Notes: generated by a model from the sequence alone, not told the origin. A stretch of DNA of 64,000 nt from Mytilus edulis (GCF_963676685.1 NC_092353.1:35154001-35218000), one strand, 5' to 3'. Shown: positions 24,986 through 38,155, numbered from the stretch's first letter. Numbers and translations are program-made.

Positions 24986-25664
24986 TTGCCATACAGATTA
25001 ATCAATATTACCAATTTTGCTTGAATAGTATTAATCACACAAATATGCGTACCATAAAATGTCAAGTGTGTAGTGTCTATAATGAATAGTCTACCCTAAT
25101 AGATGTAGGACTGTTTGACGACCAATCTTAAATTAAAAAAAAAGGGATCCGACAAAATCCCCAAAAGATAACAAAACTAGAAAGTGCGTTGAAACTTGGC
25201 TTTTACATTTCAAAGACGCAAACATTCAAAAATTAAACTGAATAAACTATTATAGTTATAAAAATAGTGTTATTTCTTAAATGCGGAAGTGGAATAATTA
25301 ATCCTTTTTTACCACTTACAGTAAATCGAAGTGTTTTGACACAGTTGATTGGTGTAATGATGAAATTTCCCGAAATTGCGCGGATGATTGTGACTTTAGT
25401 TCATTCATACATGAACATCTATGGCTCATGCTATTCGCTTGAAAATTGTTTATAACTAAAGTGGATACGAATGATGCATAACATAATGGTATTTACAGTT
25501 TGCACTGCAATTTGAAATGCAGAACCTTTTCAAAGACCTCAAGGGAGCCATTTTGCTTAGTTCTTTGATTTCAAATTCAGATATGTTGATTATTTCCTGT
25601 CTCCCTTTTACCTACACATCAGTCAGTCAGTACTTACATTCCACAGTTAGCTTGTCATAAAGGA

Positions 25665-25900
25665 TATTACAGAAACTAGAATGTTTGCTTCATATCCTGA
25701 CCTTTTCTTTGATTTTGAAACAGATTGACGACTTCAAACAAAAATCTATGACAAACGTTTGTAGTGCGATTCTAACTTTCTAATTGTCAATTTCACCATG
25801 TCTCAATGTACTATTCTCCTTTGCGCCATTGTTTGATATGCACATATATCAAATGATACCCTACGCTCGTGCATGTTGAGTCAGTCAAACTTCATGAACA
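25665..25900 (+). mobile_element. Degenerate Penelope-like RT fragment
   Basis: Translates as FASYPDLF...*RLQTKIYDKR and QMIPYARAC, with stops and frameshifts. Confidence 0.65.
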
Positions 25901-28340
25901 GGGGTGTACCCCCTGAGTACTTAAAACAAGCCGCAGATTAAAAAGGGATATTAAAACTTATTAGCCGACGATAATATCAAAGTAGCATGGTAAAAGTCGA
26001 AGAACGACGTAAATGACAAACAAAATTCTACAAAACTCTACATAGTCCACCAAAGATCAACACGAAACATCCTGAAAACTTGATGTCATCTCTTGAGCCC
26101 CTGGCAGGTAAAACAGATTCTATTTCAATTGGGACATCTGAGTGTCAAAAGTGGAAATTCGTAAATGTACTTTATTATGAAGAGGAACTGACGACTGAAA
26201 TAGAATAAGTTTTCATATCACGGATTAGGAATAATGTTATCTTGAAGCTCTATCGTGACCCAAATCACTAGCAATATCTTTTTGCGGTTTAAGATTTTTA
26301 GATACTTAGTGTCAGATCAGATCTGAAAATTTGCAATTAATATGTGTTCCATTCCTGATTGTAACATATTGATACTTTTGATTCGCATGACACGGGTTAC
26401 ATGTTGTTGACACAATCGAACTGATCTCTTTTTGAAATTTTGGAATTCCCCTAGCTTTAACATAAACATCAGTAAAATGCTGTTGTCTCTAATATTTCTT
26501 TGAGACATACATATAAAAAAGCAGCCGGCCCAAGTCAAGAAATCAAAGTCACGGCTATCTAGGGTTTTTGATATGTGTACTATTGTTTGTCTGTGAGTGT
26601 TTTCCTTTATATGACCATGGCGTTGTCAGTTTTATTTTCGACTAATGACTTTTAATGTCCCTCTGTTATCTTTCGTCTCTCTTTCATATGCTTGCATTTA
26701 TTGTAAAAAAAACCAACAATCAAGACAAGGAATTTCATTCTCTAAAACAGAATATTTACATAAAGGCCGTTTAATGTTTATTTGTCATACATCCACTATA
26801 AACTTTACTTGGAGTCATCAAACTGTATTCTGAATTACATGAACATTCACAGAAGAAAGTTTTTGACCATCAGCAGTGCGATATAAATGCTAACCCTAGT
26901 TCTGATATCAAATCAACTATACAGAACAGTCTGTAGGGCATAACGACCACGACAATCGGAAATATTCCGCAGACTACAGTCAATCATGTAATCATGGTTA
27001 GTGTATACTGTTGATCAAATATGGGTTTTTTCTTGACTTTTGTTTACAGATATTTTGAGTTGCAAGCAGCAGGACAAGACATTTCTTTCAAAACAGGTTT
27101 TTTGACATTTGTCCTAGCGGTGTACTGATCTTTCAGTTGTTTTATGCCTCCATTTTTAGGTTGATATTGTCAAAGTGTATTTTTCAATGACGAAATGTTT
27201 TGATGTTGATGTCCAATGATGCTGGATAAAAACTCGCTATATGTAGTAAACACACATTTTACCACGGTGCCACTCTTTTGCAATTCACATCACGCTAAAT
27301 GTCCGAAGTCGAAAATTCATATCTGCAATATTATCATAGGATTCATGACTAAAGAATTTTGTCGTGTTCTTTAAACACTATGGACCAAAACTGACATTCG
27401 AGATTTGCTACATTGTAAACCTTCCACTAACTTACGGACATATGTATTCCAGGCAAGGGTCTGATCATCGTAATAACGTTCCCACATTCCAAAAGTCATT
27501 TGCGGTATGAATTACTGGTCAACGTTACGTATATTTAGTGCTATGTTAAACTATCCTGCATAGAAAAAATATCTAGCGTAACTTAGTTTGGGATTGAATA
27601 ACCGAAACTTTCTCCATTTTCGAACGAATAAAAGGCTGTTTTATCATAAAACATATCTTTTTAAAGTTGTTAGTTTATCTTACAATGATTAATATTCCTA
27701 TTAACACAAATTTATTTTATAGAAATCTTTATGACATTGTAAAAACTCAATTATAAGTATGTTTTGAAATAATTTGTGTTGTCTGTTTTGCATGTACCGA
27801 ATTCAACGTATATGGCTAAAACTTAAGTTTTCACTTTCATTGAGGTATACTAGGTGGTTATATTAAAAAATACATATTTGTTCATAATTTTCTATAAATT
27901 TTGTTAAGTTTTGACGGTGGTTGTTCTAATTACTTGAAAAAATTCATCATGGTAAACTGAAAACTATCCCCCCTTTTGTAAAGTCGAATACGTGTGTTCG
28001 AAAATCTCATTTAACGATGGGTTTCCGCTTTATAAGGAGAAAAATAGATTCGAGTTTTCAATCATTCTACTGTAAAGAGGGTATTTGAATTGGAGCTAGA
28101 TATTCATTTTTGTTTTTCCTCGAAAAAGACATGTGACCTTTGATTAAGATTTCTGAAAACTACACCATATTTTCTTTTGACGACCAGAAGAATCTCAAAG
28201 TAGACATATTTCCGAATCAAATGATATATGATATAGCCGTGTACCATTTTTGACGATTAAAATTTCATAATCGCGACTTTGGCCCGAGTTATATGTTGGT
28301 CAAAAATTTAAGCCGGATAAAACTTCGCATTTATAAGTTG

Positions 28341-28815
28341 AAAAGAGGGACGAAAGATACCAAAGGAACAGTCAAACTCGTAAATCTAAAACAAACTGAC
28401 AACGCCATGGGTAAAAATGAAAAAGACAAAAAAACAACAGCACACACGACACAACATAGAAAACTAAAGAATAAACAACACGAATCCCACCAAAAACTAG
28501 GGGTGATATCAGATGCTCCGGAAGAGTAAGCAGATCCGGTAAATAGTCTAATGCGGTAGGTCACATTCATGAAAGGGAAGGAGATTGTAGTTACGACGTA
28601 AGGAACATATCCGATATCATTTGTGAAACGGTTATTCCATAACGGTCAACCAACTCGTGATGGCGTCCGTAAAATTTACGAAGGGATGATTTCAACTTCA
28701 CTATTTGGAACTCTTGGTTTAATAGCTTCCTTGTGAGAAGCAACCCTCTATCAAGAAAATCATGATAGGAAATGCAAGCACGGGAATATCGTATCAATTT
28801 GGAGATATATACCCC
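28341..28815 (-). mobile_element. Penelope-like element 3' fragment (RT thumb plus terminal repeat)
   Basis: ORF IRYSRACISYHDFLDRGLLLTRKLLNQ...LRKFYGRHHELVDRY. The terminal segment aaaagagggacgaaagatacc recurs at 46638-46875, ~14510-14600 and ~26600-26685. Confidence 0.85.
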
Positions 28816-28849
28816 GACTTATTGACCAAAGTCCGTTTTTAGAGACACA

Positions 28850-29870
28850 TAAGGCTGTGAACTACGAGTGTCTTGTGAAAGAATACAAAACATATCATTT
28901 GACCAAGATGAGATTTTGGCAAATCATAAATCCTCCATGGCTTCAATGAACACCCCATTGAGCAACAAATCGGAAGACTTACCTTGTTTGTATTGAATAC
29001 CTTGGCTTTTCAAAATATCGTACAAACAACGGTACATTGCCGGCTCATCTGCATGTTCCATTCAAGAATTGTTCATAGATTGATTAAATGTTGTCAGCAG
29101 TGAAAGAGGGTCTTCAGATATACTGTGAGACAGTTTACTCGCGTAGTGGTATTCGCCATATGGGGATAATAAAAAAAACTCTAAAGAACTGCTAGATAAT
29201 TTTAAATCTCGATCTTTTTTTCTGAAATTAGGTTTATCAAAATTTTTGATTTCTCAACCCTGTGTACTGCCATTCACCACGAGAAATTGAAAAATTGTCT
29301 AAAATAAATAATCCATAATGTATTTCAACATAAAACAGTAGCATACGTTATAAATTTATTACTTTGGAATACCATGATGCATATTATGTAAATAGTGAAT
29401 AAAAAGGTAAAATATGCAACACAAAGAAACAAGTGATAAGAATATATGAGCTTTTCTTATGGACAACAAATTGTGAATTGGAGGCAGACTTTTTCAACAA
29501 ATTGCCGGCATTCGTATTGGAACGAAGTGGGCACCTCTCTTTGCCGACCTGTTCTTGTTTTCATATGATAGATATAAGAAGATGTGGTATGAGTGCCACT
29601 GAGACAACTCTCCACCGAAGTCACAAATTGTAAAAGTAAACCATTATAGGTCAAAGTACGGTCTTGAACGCGGAGTCTTGGCTCTTACCGAAAAACAAGC
29701 AATTCCGTCATACACTTGCTAAAAAAAAGAAGATCAAAGAAGCAACGACATTCAATTTCCTTTTATTTCAGTTAACAGTCCCAACTTTTGTGACGTTCTA
29801 TTAATATATCCTTCAGAACTAAACTTTAAAAAAAAACATACACGGCTTTTTCCACCACATTTTAAAAAGT
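28850..29870 (+). mobile_element. Degenerate Penelope-like RT, N-terminal and central part
   Basis: Pieces YKQRYIAGSSACS, VKEGLQIYCETVYSRSGI, NSKELL, IKIFDFSTL and FQQIAGIRIGTKWAPLFADLFLFSY, with stops and frameshifts. Interrupted by a family-C repeat at ~29570-29700. Confidence 0.8.
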
Positions 29871-31315
29871 CTGAAATTTGACAGTTGTTATCCATTCATT
29901 TGATGTGTTTGTGCTTTTGATTTTGTCATTTGGTTAAGGACTCTACGTTTTGGTTTTTCTTTGGAATTCATTATTTACCTTTTTACAAATAGAAAAACGA
30001 AAATTGGCGAAGGTCTTCCTGAGTTTTATCACAACATAAGGAAACTTTTGCAATTTAGGAACGTCATTAATTGTCATATTATGAATTTAGTGTTGTTTGT
30101 CGCAGATCTATGATTTACTAGATAATATCAACATGATCAAGTCTTATTTATCTTTCATGCTAAAGAAAGGCAAAGCCTTATATATAATATATGTTACTTT
30201 CTTTTCTGAGGTTGTATATTAACTCCTAGTTTTCTATTCAATGGGTCAGGTGATCCATTGACGTACACCCCATTCTTTATATATCTATCAACATATTATT
30301 TACTCAACATTATGTGATTACCATATGTATTAATCTATTTATTTTACCATTATTTTTTTCCAATAGATATGATGTCAATTCAGTTAAAAGTCAACTAAAA
30401 GAGATAACAACCAAGTTTGTATTTGAACAATCTAACTATAATTTGAACATTAATGATCTGGGCTGAATTGAGTTTAATTTAAAGTGTTTTGAAATATGTC
30501 ATTGTTTTTATTACATTTCATTGGTGTTTTACTAATAATTACTTAAAAGTTATTCAATTGGAATCGTTTTCCATTTCTTATTATTTAATTCAAATGTATT
30601 ACGAAATTATACAAGGTACCTATTATATCAACAATACCGCAACTTCAGTCCATCGAAAACGCTTATCATATGTTGACATGAAATGTTGCTGACGTTGTTA
30701 TTTTCAGTAACTTTCCGGTTGTTTAATTTCAAATTCATATTCGAAAAGCAAAGATTTTCTATCTTTTTTTGACACGCAAATTCGTGAAGCGTTCCATATT
30801 TGTAATTTGTAAATATTAAGATAAAACTAAGACACTTAGTATATGGATACAAAACTTCTGAAAGAATATTTTGACTTTAACCATTTTTTTAACAATTGTG
30901 GGGTTTTCAATTTACAAAGCCTACTACATATCTGATCAAAAGACAAAAAATGTCAATGTTTTCTCAATTTTTCTCAATGAATTCAATAGAAAAGCATGTT
31001 TCAAAATTAAAAGTAATGTTTTAGCAACTATTAGAAAACATATGAATAGTCATATTAAGTAATTAAGTGATGTTATTTAATATATATTTGATGTACAAAA
31101 TGTAATATATATTTTACAACAAATTACTATCCTGGGTGATTAGTGGATTATAACAGGAAACATCAGGAGGAGATTGGACACCAGAAGGATATTGTAACAA
31201 GCTAATATTTGAAATAAATATTTAATTATGTTGTTAAAAAAAAAGGTTTTCAATCTCATAACTGAACATGGCAAAATCTGACAAATTAACTTAAAAATAT
31301 TAAGTTTTTCAAATA

Positions 31316-31493
31316 AACTCATCATAGATACAAAGATTAATTTTGTATTTACGCCAGAAGCGCGTTTCGTGTTCAAAAGACTCATCAGTGACGATCGAAT
31401 GCAAAAAAAATAAAAAGGCCAAATAAAAGTACGAAGTTGAAGAGCATTGTGGACCTAAATTCCTAAAATTTTACAGCTAAGGTAATCTATTCC
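31316..31493 (-). mobile_element. Retrozyme-like repeat (variant subfamily), degenerate hammerhead ~31351-31393
   Basis: The minus strand reads cguca-CUGAUGA-gucuuuugaacac-GAAA-cgcgcuUC-uggcg. Confidence 0.7.
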
Positions 31494-34400
31494 AATTCGT
31501 TTTTGATTTGACCTTCCAACTGCTTTGATTTGAATACGACTTGACTGTCTTGTGTAGAGGAAACTGAGAGAGGAAACGCGCATTATTAGCCTAGATTAAT
31601 TCGTTTAGAAGAAAAATACAACTGCTTTATTAGACAGTTCAAATTAATCACGTTTCACATTAACTGAATATTGTGACCTTTCTAACAAGTGAATTAACAC
31701 TACTGCCTCAAATACCTGTAACAAGTCAAGGCATTTTATTTTGTCATTAGTTTGGGGTCTTTCCGTTTAGAATTTTCCTCGGGGTTCGGTATTTTTTGTG
31801 ATATTACTTTTCACTCACTGTTATTCTATAAGTATATGGTATCCTCCTAACAATAGTCTGCAATTCTTTATTTAATTGATGCTATCATTTTCTGTAAATT
31901 AATAAAATGTAAAGTTGTTAAAATTACTAGAAAGTAAATAACAAAATTACAAACTCCGAGGAATATTCACAAAGAAAAGTTCTTAATCAAATGGCAAAGT
32001 AAAAAGCTCAAACATATTATATAATTGAATAACCACTGTCATATTCCTGACTTTGCAAAGGTATTTTTTAGGTAGAACATGGGTGATTTAACCCTGGTTT
32101 TGTAGCTAACTAAACCTCTCACGTGTATGATACCCGCATAAAGTTGCATTATATTGACAACTACGTGTGAACAAAATAAACAGACATAATAGGTAAAAAT
32201 GTCAAACATAAGGGAACAGCAGTCAGTATTGTGTTATAATCGTAGTCACTATATAAACAAAACAAAAACACAACTAGGCATACACACACAGTACACCAGC
32301 AAAAACGAAATCCAAGACACAAAAATTCACCATAATACAAAAGCACTATGACGGAAAGTATCGAGCCTGTAATGAACATTAACAAATATTTATGACTCAT
32401 TTATGGCTGGATTACAAATTCTGTCAATTTCATATGTGGAAAGGTTTTATCTCTTAATTTGTGACAGCTGGTACCAGAAAGAGCATTGTCAAATACAAAG
32501 TATACCGATATACCACCCTGAGATAATGAACATACATCACTCTTCAGTGTTTACTTACATTTTACAATATTTGTATTTTACTAATAAAAATGTTCGCTTT
32601 AGTGATAAAATTATAAGGACAGATTATTTGTTTTACCAGCGTCGATCCAGTATTGTTTTTGTCTTCCCGATATTTGATACTGAAGGTTACAATACATCAT
32701 TAGATTGTATGGGAGCAGCCATTTTATGAGCATAACATGGTATTCAGAATTAAAAGTATGGCTAATCCTAATTGGTTGATATGTGCGCCCGTTATTTTTT
32801 ATTATTAGAGACTTCGTGCTTTTTGCATTATATCATGGGCCTAATTATTTTCCTTAGCCCTAACGGAAATGAAATGTCTTTTCAACTCTAGGACGAGACA
32901 CGTATTTTTAAGTGCAAAAGTGATAGGCATGGGAGATAGTTACAAAATACGTTAAGAAAAGCAACGCGAACCTATATTTTTTGGACCAAAATATACTGTC
33001 CGAATAACTTTTCTGTAATTCTAGCAAGGTTTTGTTAAAAAAAACTTTCTATAGTCTGTATCTCAAAAAAGGCTATCATTGTCGCCTATGGGGAAATTAA
33101 TTGTTTATTTCAATCTGAAGAGCATTTTAATATGTCGCGTTCTTCGTTCTTGTTTCTCAAAGAGGTTCCAAAAATGGCGGAAATTAAAGATACTCAATTA
33201 AATTTAATTTGAAAATCTTTGAAAGTAACACAAAAATTGTTTTTTTCAGAAGATCCATGAATATTTGTAATGCATTTTATAGTTTGCTTGAATCTTTTCG
33301 GTGATTTAAAAACTTTACAAATCCTGTGCGCCCGAAGAGCTTTTCTCAATTTAATTTCATCTGAGTGCTAAATTAAAAAAAAATAGAAAACCAAAGATGT
33401 GTGACCAGGTAACTTCTTGAACGTACGCGGAGCTATTTGCCCAAAGGGAAACGAAAAACAGTACAGAAATGAATAAATGTCCTGCAAAAACACCAGGTTG
33501 TCCTTCTTTTTATCCTGATGATAAACACAAGTTTGTGGTTGCCTCCGGATGATCCAAAATTCTGATCTCTTCTATTCTGCCTCTTTCAACATAGCAAAAC
33601 AGCATAAGATTATTATTTCAAAATATGTCGTTTTAGTCATAAACAGGTGAGTTTAACTGTTTAAAGTAAAGGAAATATGATAATTTATGTAATATTAATG
33701 GTTAGATAATGAGTAAAACTTGCTTTTGGGGGAAAACACATGTACTTGAAAAGGAAGAACTATAGTGTTAGACACTAATGAAAATTACCCAGGAGGTCTT
33801 TAATTCATCAAATAGAAGATAAACTACCAGCTGAAGCATCAAATGAAAAACATAATTTTTCATGAATACAATACTATTTATTTCAAAAAGGGACTTCATA
33901 ATCGCAGTTTATACACGTGTCAGGAGCCTGTTGTTCAGGTGTTGTCACAGGGGCACTTTATAGGTTGCTTTTCGTTGTGAGACGAAACTCCGTGGGGAAG
34001 GCCGAACGTGGACCTATTATTGTTTACTTTTTACACATTGTGACATGAATTAGTTGTTTCATTGGAACTGATACCACATCTTCCTATTTATATGTAGAGA
34101 ATCGGCAAAAATGAATACGAGGCAACCCGTTTAAATGGAGAAGAAACAAAATCCGTTTCGCTTTTAATTTAAACAATAGTTTGTTCCAAATAAGGTGTGT
34201 TGTATACAAAAAAATAAGTTTATAAAGTGGTTTGAAATCTGCGAATAGTGTCCTGGGATATAGACAAATATTGTATAATAAACTAATTAGGCAAACAAAT
34301 ATGCATAAACCATAGAACATCTATCACACGTATCATATCATTGTTTTGTTTGTAGTTTGAGAGTCAATAGCAATTTCATTAAAGAGCATTACCAGAAATT

Positions 34401-34735
34401 ATGTATTAATATATTGATGTAATTTCATTGTCATATAAATGGAATTTCCTGTGTTTAGAAGAAAACATTAAAGGACCGCAATAATTTTTGTATTTGTATG
34501 AGCAGGTGATAATGTAAACTTAAACTAAACTGAGTTGAATTAGACACAAAAGAGTCAACTTTACTTCAAATGCTGAAACTTATATTGTTTCTGTGAGTTT
34601 AAATATCACGTCTTTTCGCAATAAATATAACGTAATTTGAATTTACTGAGAGGCAAACCAGGATATACATTTGGTGAGCAACTGTGGGGGATTTCCAAGT
34701 AAACGTATGTTACTGCTTGCAAAAGTCACCGAAAT

Positions 34736-35902
34736 ATGAATATTATCGTGCTCTGTTTCCTGGTACTTCTCCAGGTGGTAATGCCATGTGTAGGACAAAC
34801 TTTAGAAAATGTGACCAATCTTTATGACGATCTTTTCAGTAATTACAGGAGGAGTATCATACCAATGAACAATCATTCAGAGCCTTTTAAAATTAATATG
34901 GCTTTTTATCTATTGTCAATCAATTCGTTTAGAGAGGTCGAGGAAACGCTCGTTCTTACAGGAGGATTAATTATGGTATGGAAAGACACATCATTATCAT
35001 GGAATACTGTAGATTATGGAAATATAAATTCATTGGATGTGGATTCTAAAGATGTATGGCTACCATATATGTATCTAGTAAACAATGCAAAAGAATTTGA
35101 ACCAATTGGCTTTGATTCTGCTTTTAGAGTAAATATAAATAGCAGCGGTTTTGTCCATTATTCTCCAGGAAGTATTTTAGAAGCAAAATGTCAAACTGAT
35201 ATTTCTAAATTTCCTCTTGATACTCAGCCTTGTCTATTGGATTTTCTTGCATGGGGTGGAGGCGCTACATTTTACAAATTGATATCATATTTCGATGCAG
35301 TTAATTTAGATTTTTACACAAAGGACTCACATTGGGAAGTGGTAACTAGAGACACATATACACACCTAGAACCAAAAGGTTATTATAGTTTTCGTATGAG
35401 CCTATCATTACAACGAAAACCAATGTATTATATAGTAATGATTGTCCTGCCAACGATATTACTGTCCTTAATAAATCCATTAGTGTTTTTACTTCCGGTA
35501 GAATCAGGAGAACGTATATCCTTAGCTATGACAGTACTTTTATCGTACGCTATATTCTTAACGCTTGTTTCTGCATCAATCCCAGCATCCTCTAATCCCA
35601 TGTGTTTCCTGTTGATTGTTATGATAATTATCATGTTGATAAGTGGATTAACGGTAGTGGCTGTCATTATAACAACCAATCTATACTTCCAAGGAGAATA
35701 TTTCCCTGGAAAGATTATGAAATTTTTCCTGTACAGAAAAACAAGGCACCAGGACGTTACTCCTATGGATTGTGAGAAGAAAGAAAAACAACTCTATAAT
35801 GGAAAACATGTATCTGATTTTCTCGACAAGTTGTTTTTATTTTCTTCATATGTAATTATTGTAATAATTCATGTGACGTTCTTTCTGTATGTAAATACGT
35901 AA
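34736..35902 (+). CDS. Atypical nAChR-like Cys-loop subunit (non-alpha), copy 4
   Basis: 388-aa ORF with Cys-loop CQTDISKFPLDTQPC, GER-M2 and 4 TM segments; intronless CDS. Confidence 0.95.
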   Translation: MNIIVLCFLVLLQVVMPCVGQTLENVTNLYDDLFSNYRRSIIPMNNHSEPFKINMAFYLLSINSFREVEETLVLTGGLIMVWKDTSLSWNTVDYGNINSLDVDSKDVWLPYMYLVNNAKEFEPIGFDSAFRVNINSSGFVHYSPGSILEAKCQTDISKFPLDTQPCLLDFLAWGGGATFYKLISYFDAVNLDFYTKDSHWEVVTRDTYTHLEPKGYYSFRMSLSLQRKPMYYIVMIVLPTILLSLINPLVFLLPVESGERISLAMTVLLSYAIFLTLVSASIPASSNPMCFLLIVMIIIMLISGLTVVAVIITTNLYFQGEYFPGKIMKFFLYRKTRHQDVTPMDCEKKEKQLYNGKHVSDFLDKLFLFSSYVIIVIIHVTFFLYVNT

Positions 35903-37577
35903 ACACCTGTAAAGACTAGATAAATCAAAAATCATCTGCCAATATAGACGGTATATAAAAAAACGTGGCAAAATCAAAAGCACAAACACAGCAAACAAAT
36001 GGATAACAAATGTCATATTCCTGACTTGGTACAGGCATTTTCTTGTAGATTGAACCTGGTTTTATAGAACCTCTCACTTGTATGACAGTCGCATCAAATT
36101 CCATTACATTGACAACGATGTTAATAGCCACTATAAACTATATGTTGACCTGCAGATGTCTTTTGGTTTAATATCTATCATCCTTTCACCTCTAACATAT
36201 ACCCAAAAAGTTATTTAAAAAATGTTTCATTAAAAAAATCTAGACATGAAGTTAGAGCTGTATGGTAAGACATTTGACTGCTATGCAAATATTATATGAA
36301 ATGATCCCTCCTGACAACTTGAAACAATATTTGTGTTATATACATTTGCATCTAATTGGTTGTAAATATGATAATACCACAAACAAAATAATTTGCTTTG
36401 AAATCAAAGTATAGAACAAGTAAAATATTTCAAAAATAAAAATGAAAAACAAATTAGAATTATAATATTATCGAATGGAATCTAAAATATTTTAATGGTA
36501 TTAACTTCTAATTATGAATGAAGTGCATTTTTTCTGGGATTTATGTTTAGGGTATATTTTTGTCCTGCTCCGAATGTTATTATAATACATGATTATTAGC
36601 CGAAGTCGTTGATATTCAAGATAGCATCGTGGTGCCGTTTGTTGTCTTTGTAACGCCACACTAGTTTTAAGTATTATTTTTTTCTGCAAAGTGAAGATTA
36701 TATAAGTATGTAGTAACATTTGTAGTTTGGCAATTTTATTTACAGAAATGAATTCATGTACTTTTTCGTAAATGTATAACAAAGTTTGGTTTCTCTTCAC
36801 ATAACCTTTGTATTGAAACTGAAAGTCATGTTGGTACTAGATATTGTAAAGATATCGTATTTTTTGTGATTAAAGAGTAACAGGAGATGACTTTCATTTC
36901 ATCCTACAATGTAGCAGATATACTGATTTGCGTAATGTTTTTATTAAAAAATATTACTGGTGTAGGCCATCAACTTTTAAGTCAACAGTTTATTGTAAAG
37001 ATATATTGTAATCATAAATTTTCTGACGTCACCTATTGTTATTTATGTACATTGTTAATATTGCTTGTAATAAGTCATATGTGTACATCGTCTTTAAATA
37101 CACGGATGAGCGGCAAGGCTCAAAATTGATAAAAAATATGAATTTGAAGGAATCTGTCTATCTTTTGTTATTATTGTTGTGCGACATCTGACTTGAATAA
37201 AGTGTAAAGACTATTCCCTAATTATCTTTAGGCCTTTTTAATATACAGATTTTAATCTTCAAAATTGTGTAATATTTTTATATATGTGCTAACATGCCGT
37301 TTTTATACTAGTATTCAAAGTTTTAAATGTAATATCGTGTCTTTTAGTTCAGTATTTGGCTTTTAAAAAAACGACATTTTGTTTATACTTACATAATATA
37401 TATATAACAAACAAACAAAAAACGAACTCCAACAAGTCCTATGAAAATTCAAGAAGGGGAATTGCGTACAAGTTAACAAATTCAAACTCTACAAACCAAT
37501 GGAATGAATGAAAAAGTAATTGCCGCATTCCTAGCAGTGTACAAATATTTTATGACAGTAAAATGATGGGTTCATTA

Positions 37578-38155
37578 GTTATCAAAGGTACCAGGATTAT
37601 AATTTAATACACCAGAAGCGCGTATCGTCTACATACGACTAATCAGTGACGTTCAGATCAAAGTATGTATTATTAGTTACACAGTGTGCAATTGTCCTAA
37701 TACGAGAATTTATCGGGTCAATAAAATTCATATCGGGTGAGGCGAAGCCAAACCCGATATGAATTTTATTGACCCGATAAATTCCGTATTAGGACAATTG
37801 AACACTGTGTAACGAATTTATCCTGATTTTGTTATATTGCATATTATTATATTTAAATTCAATGTAAGGACAATATCAACCAATTATATTTTAGATATTT
37901 AATCTAAAACTGTGAAAAAATAAAATATTAGGACTATGAAGCAACTCATTTTTTTATTAGGTCAATGGTATAAGGGAGATAATCCCAATTGACGTAATAA
38001 ATAAGGGAGATAATTCCTATTGACGTAATAAAAAATTGTACTGAAATTTATTAGGACAATATCAGCCAATCAAATTGCGAGAAATTACTCTAAATCAGGA
38101 TAAAAAGCAAAACAAGTACAGAGTTGAAAAGCATTCAGGACCCAAAATTCCAAAA
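37578..38155 (-). mobile_element. Retrozyme-like repeat (degenerate hammerhead) split by a nested hairpin element
   Basis: 37578-37665 and 38103-38155 are colinear with the repeat consensus. The intervening ~430 bp are unrelated. Confidence 0.7.
37672..38103. mobile_element. Non-autonomous DNA element with long terminal hairpin
   Basis: Near-perfect ~65-bp-arm hairpin at 37674-37817 around gaggcgaagcc. A second inverted pair is ttatcctgattt (~37818) / aaatcaggataa (~38092). Confidence 0.7.
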
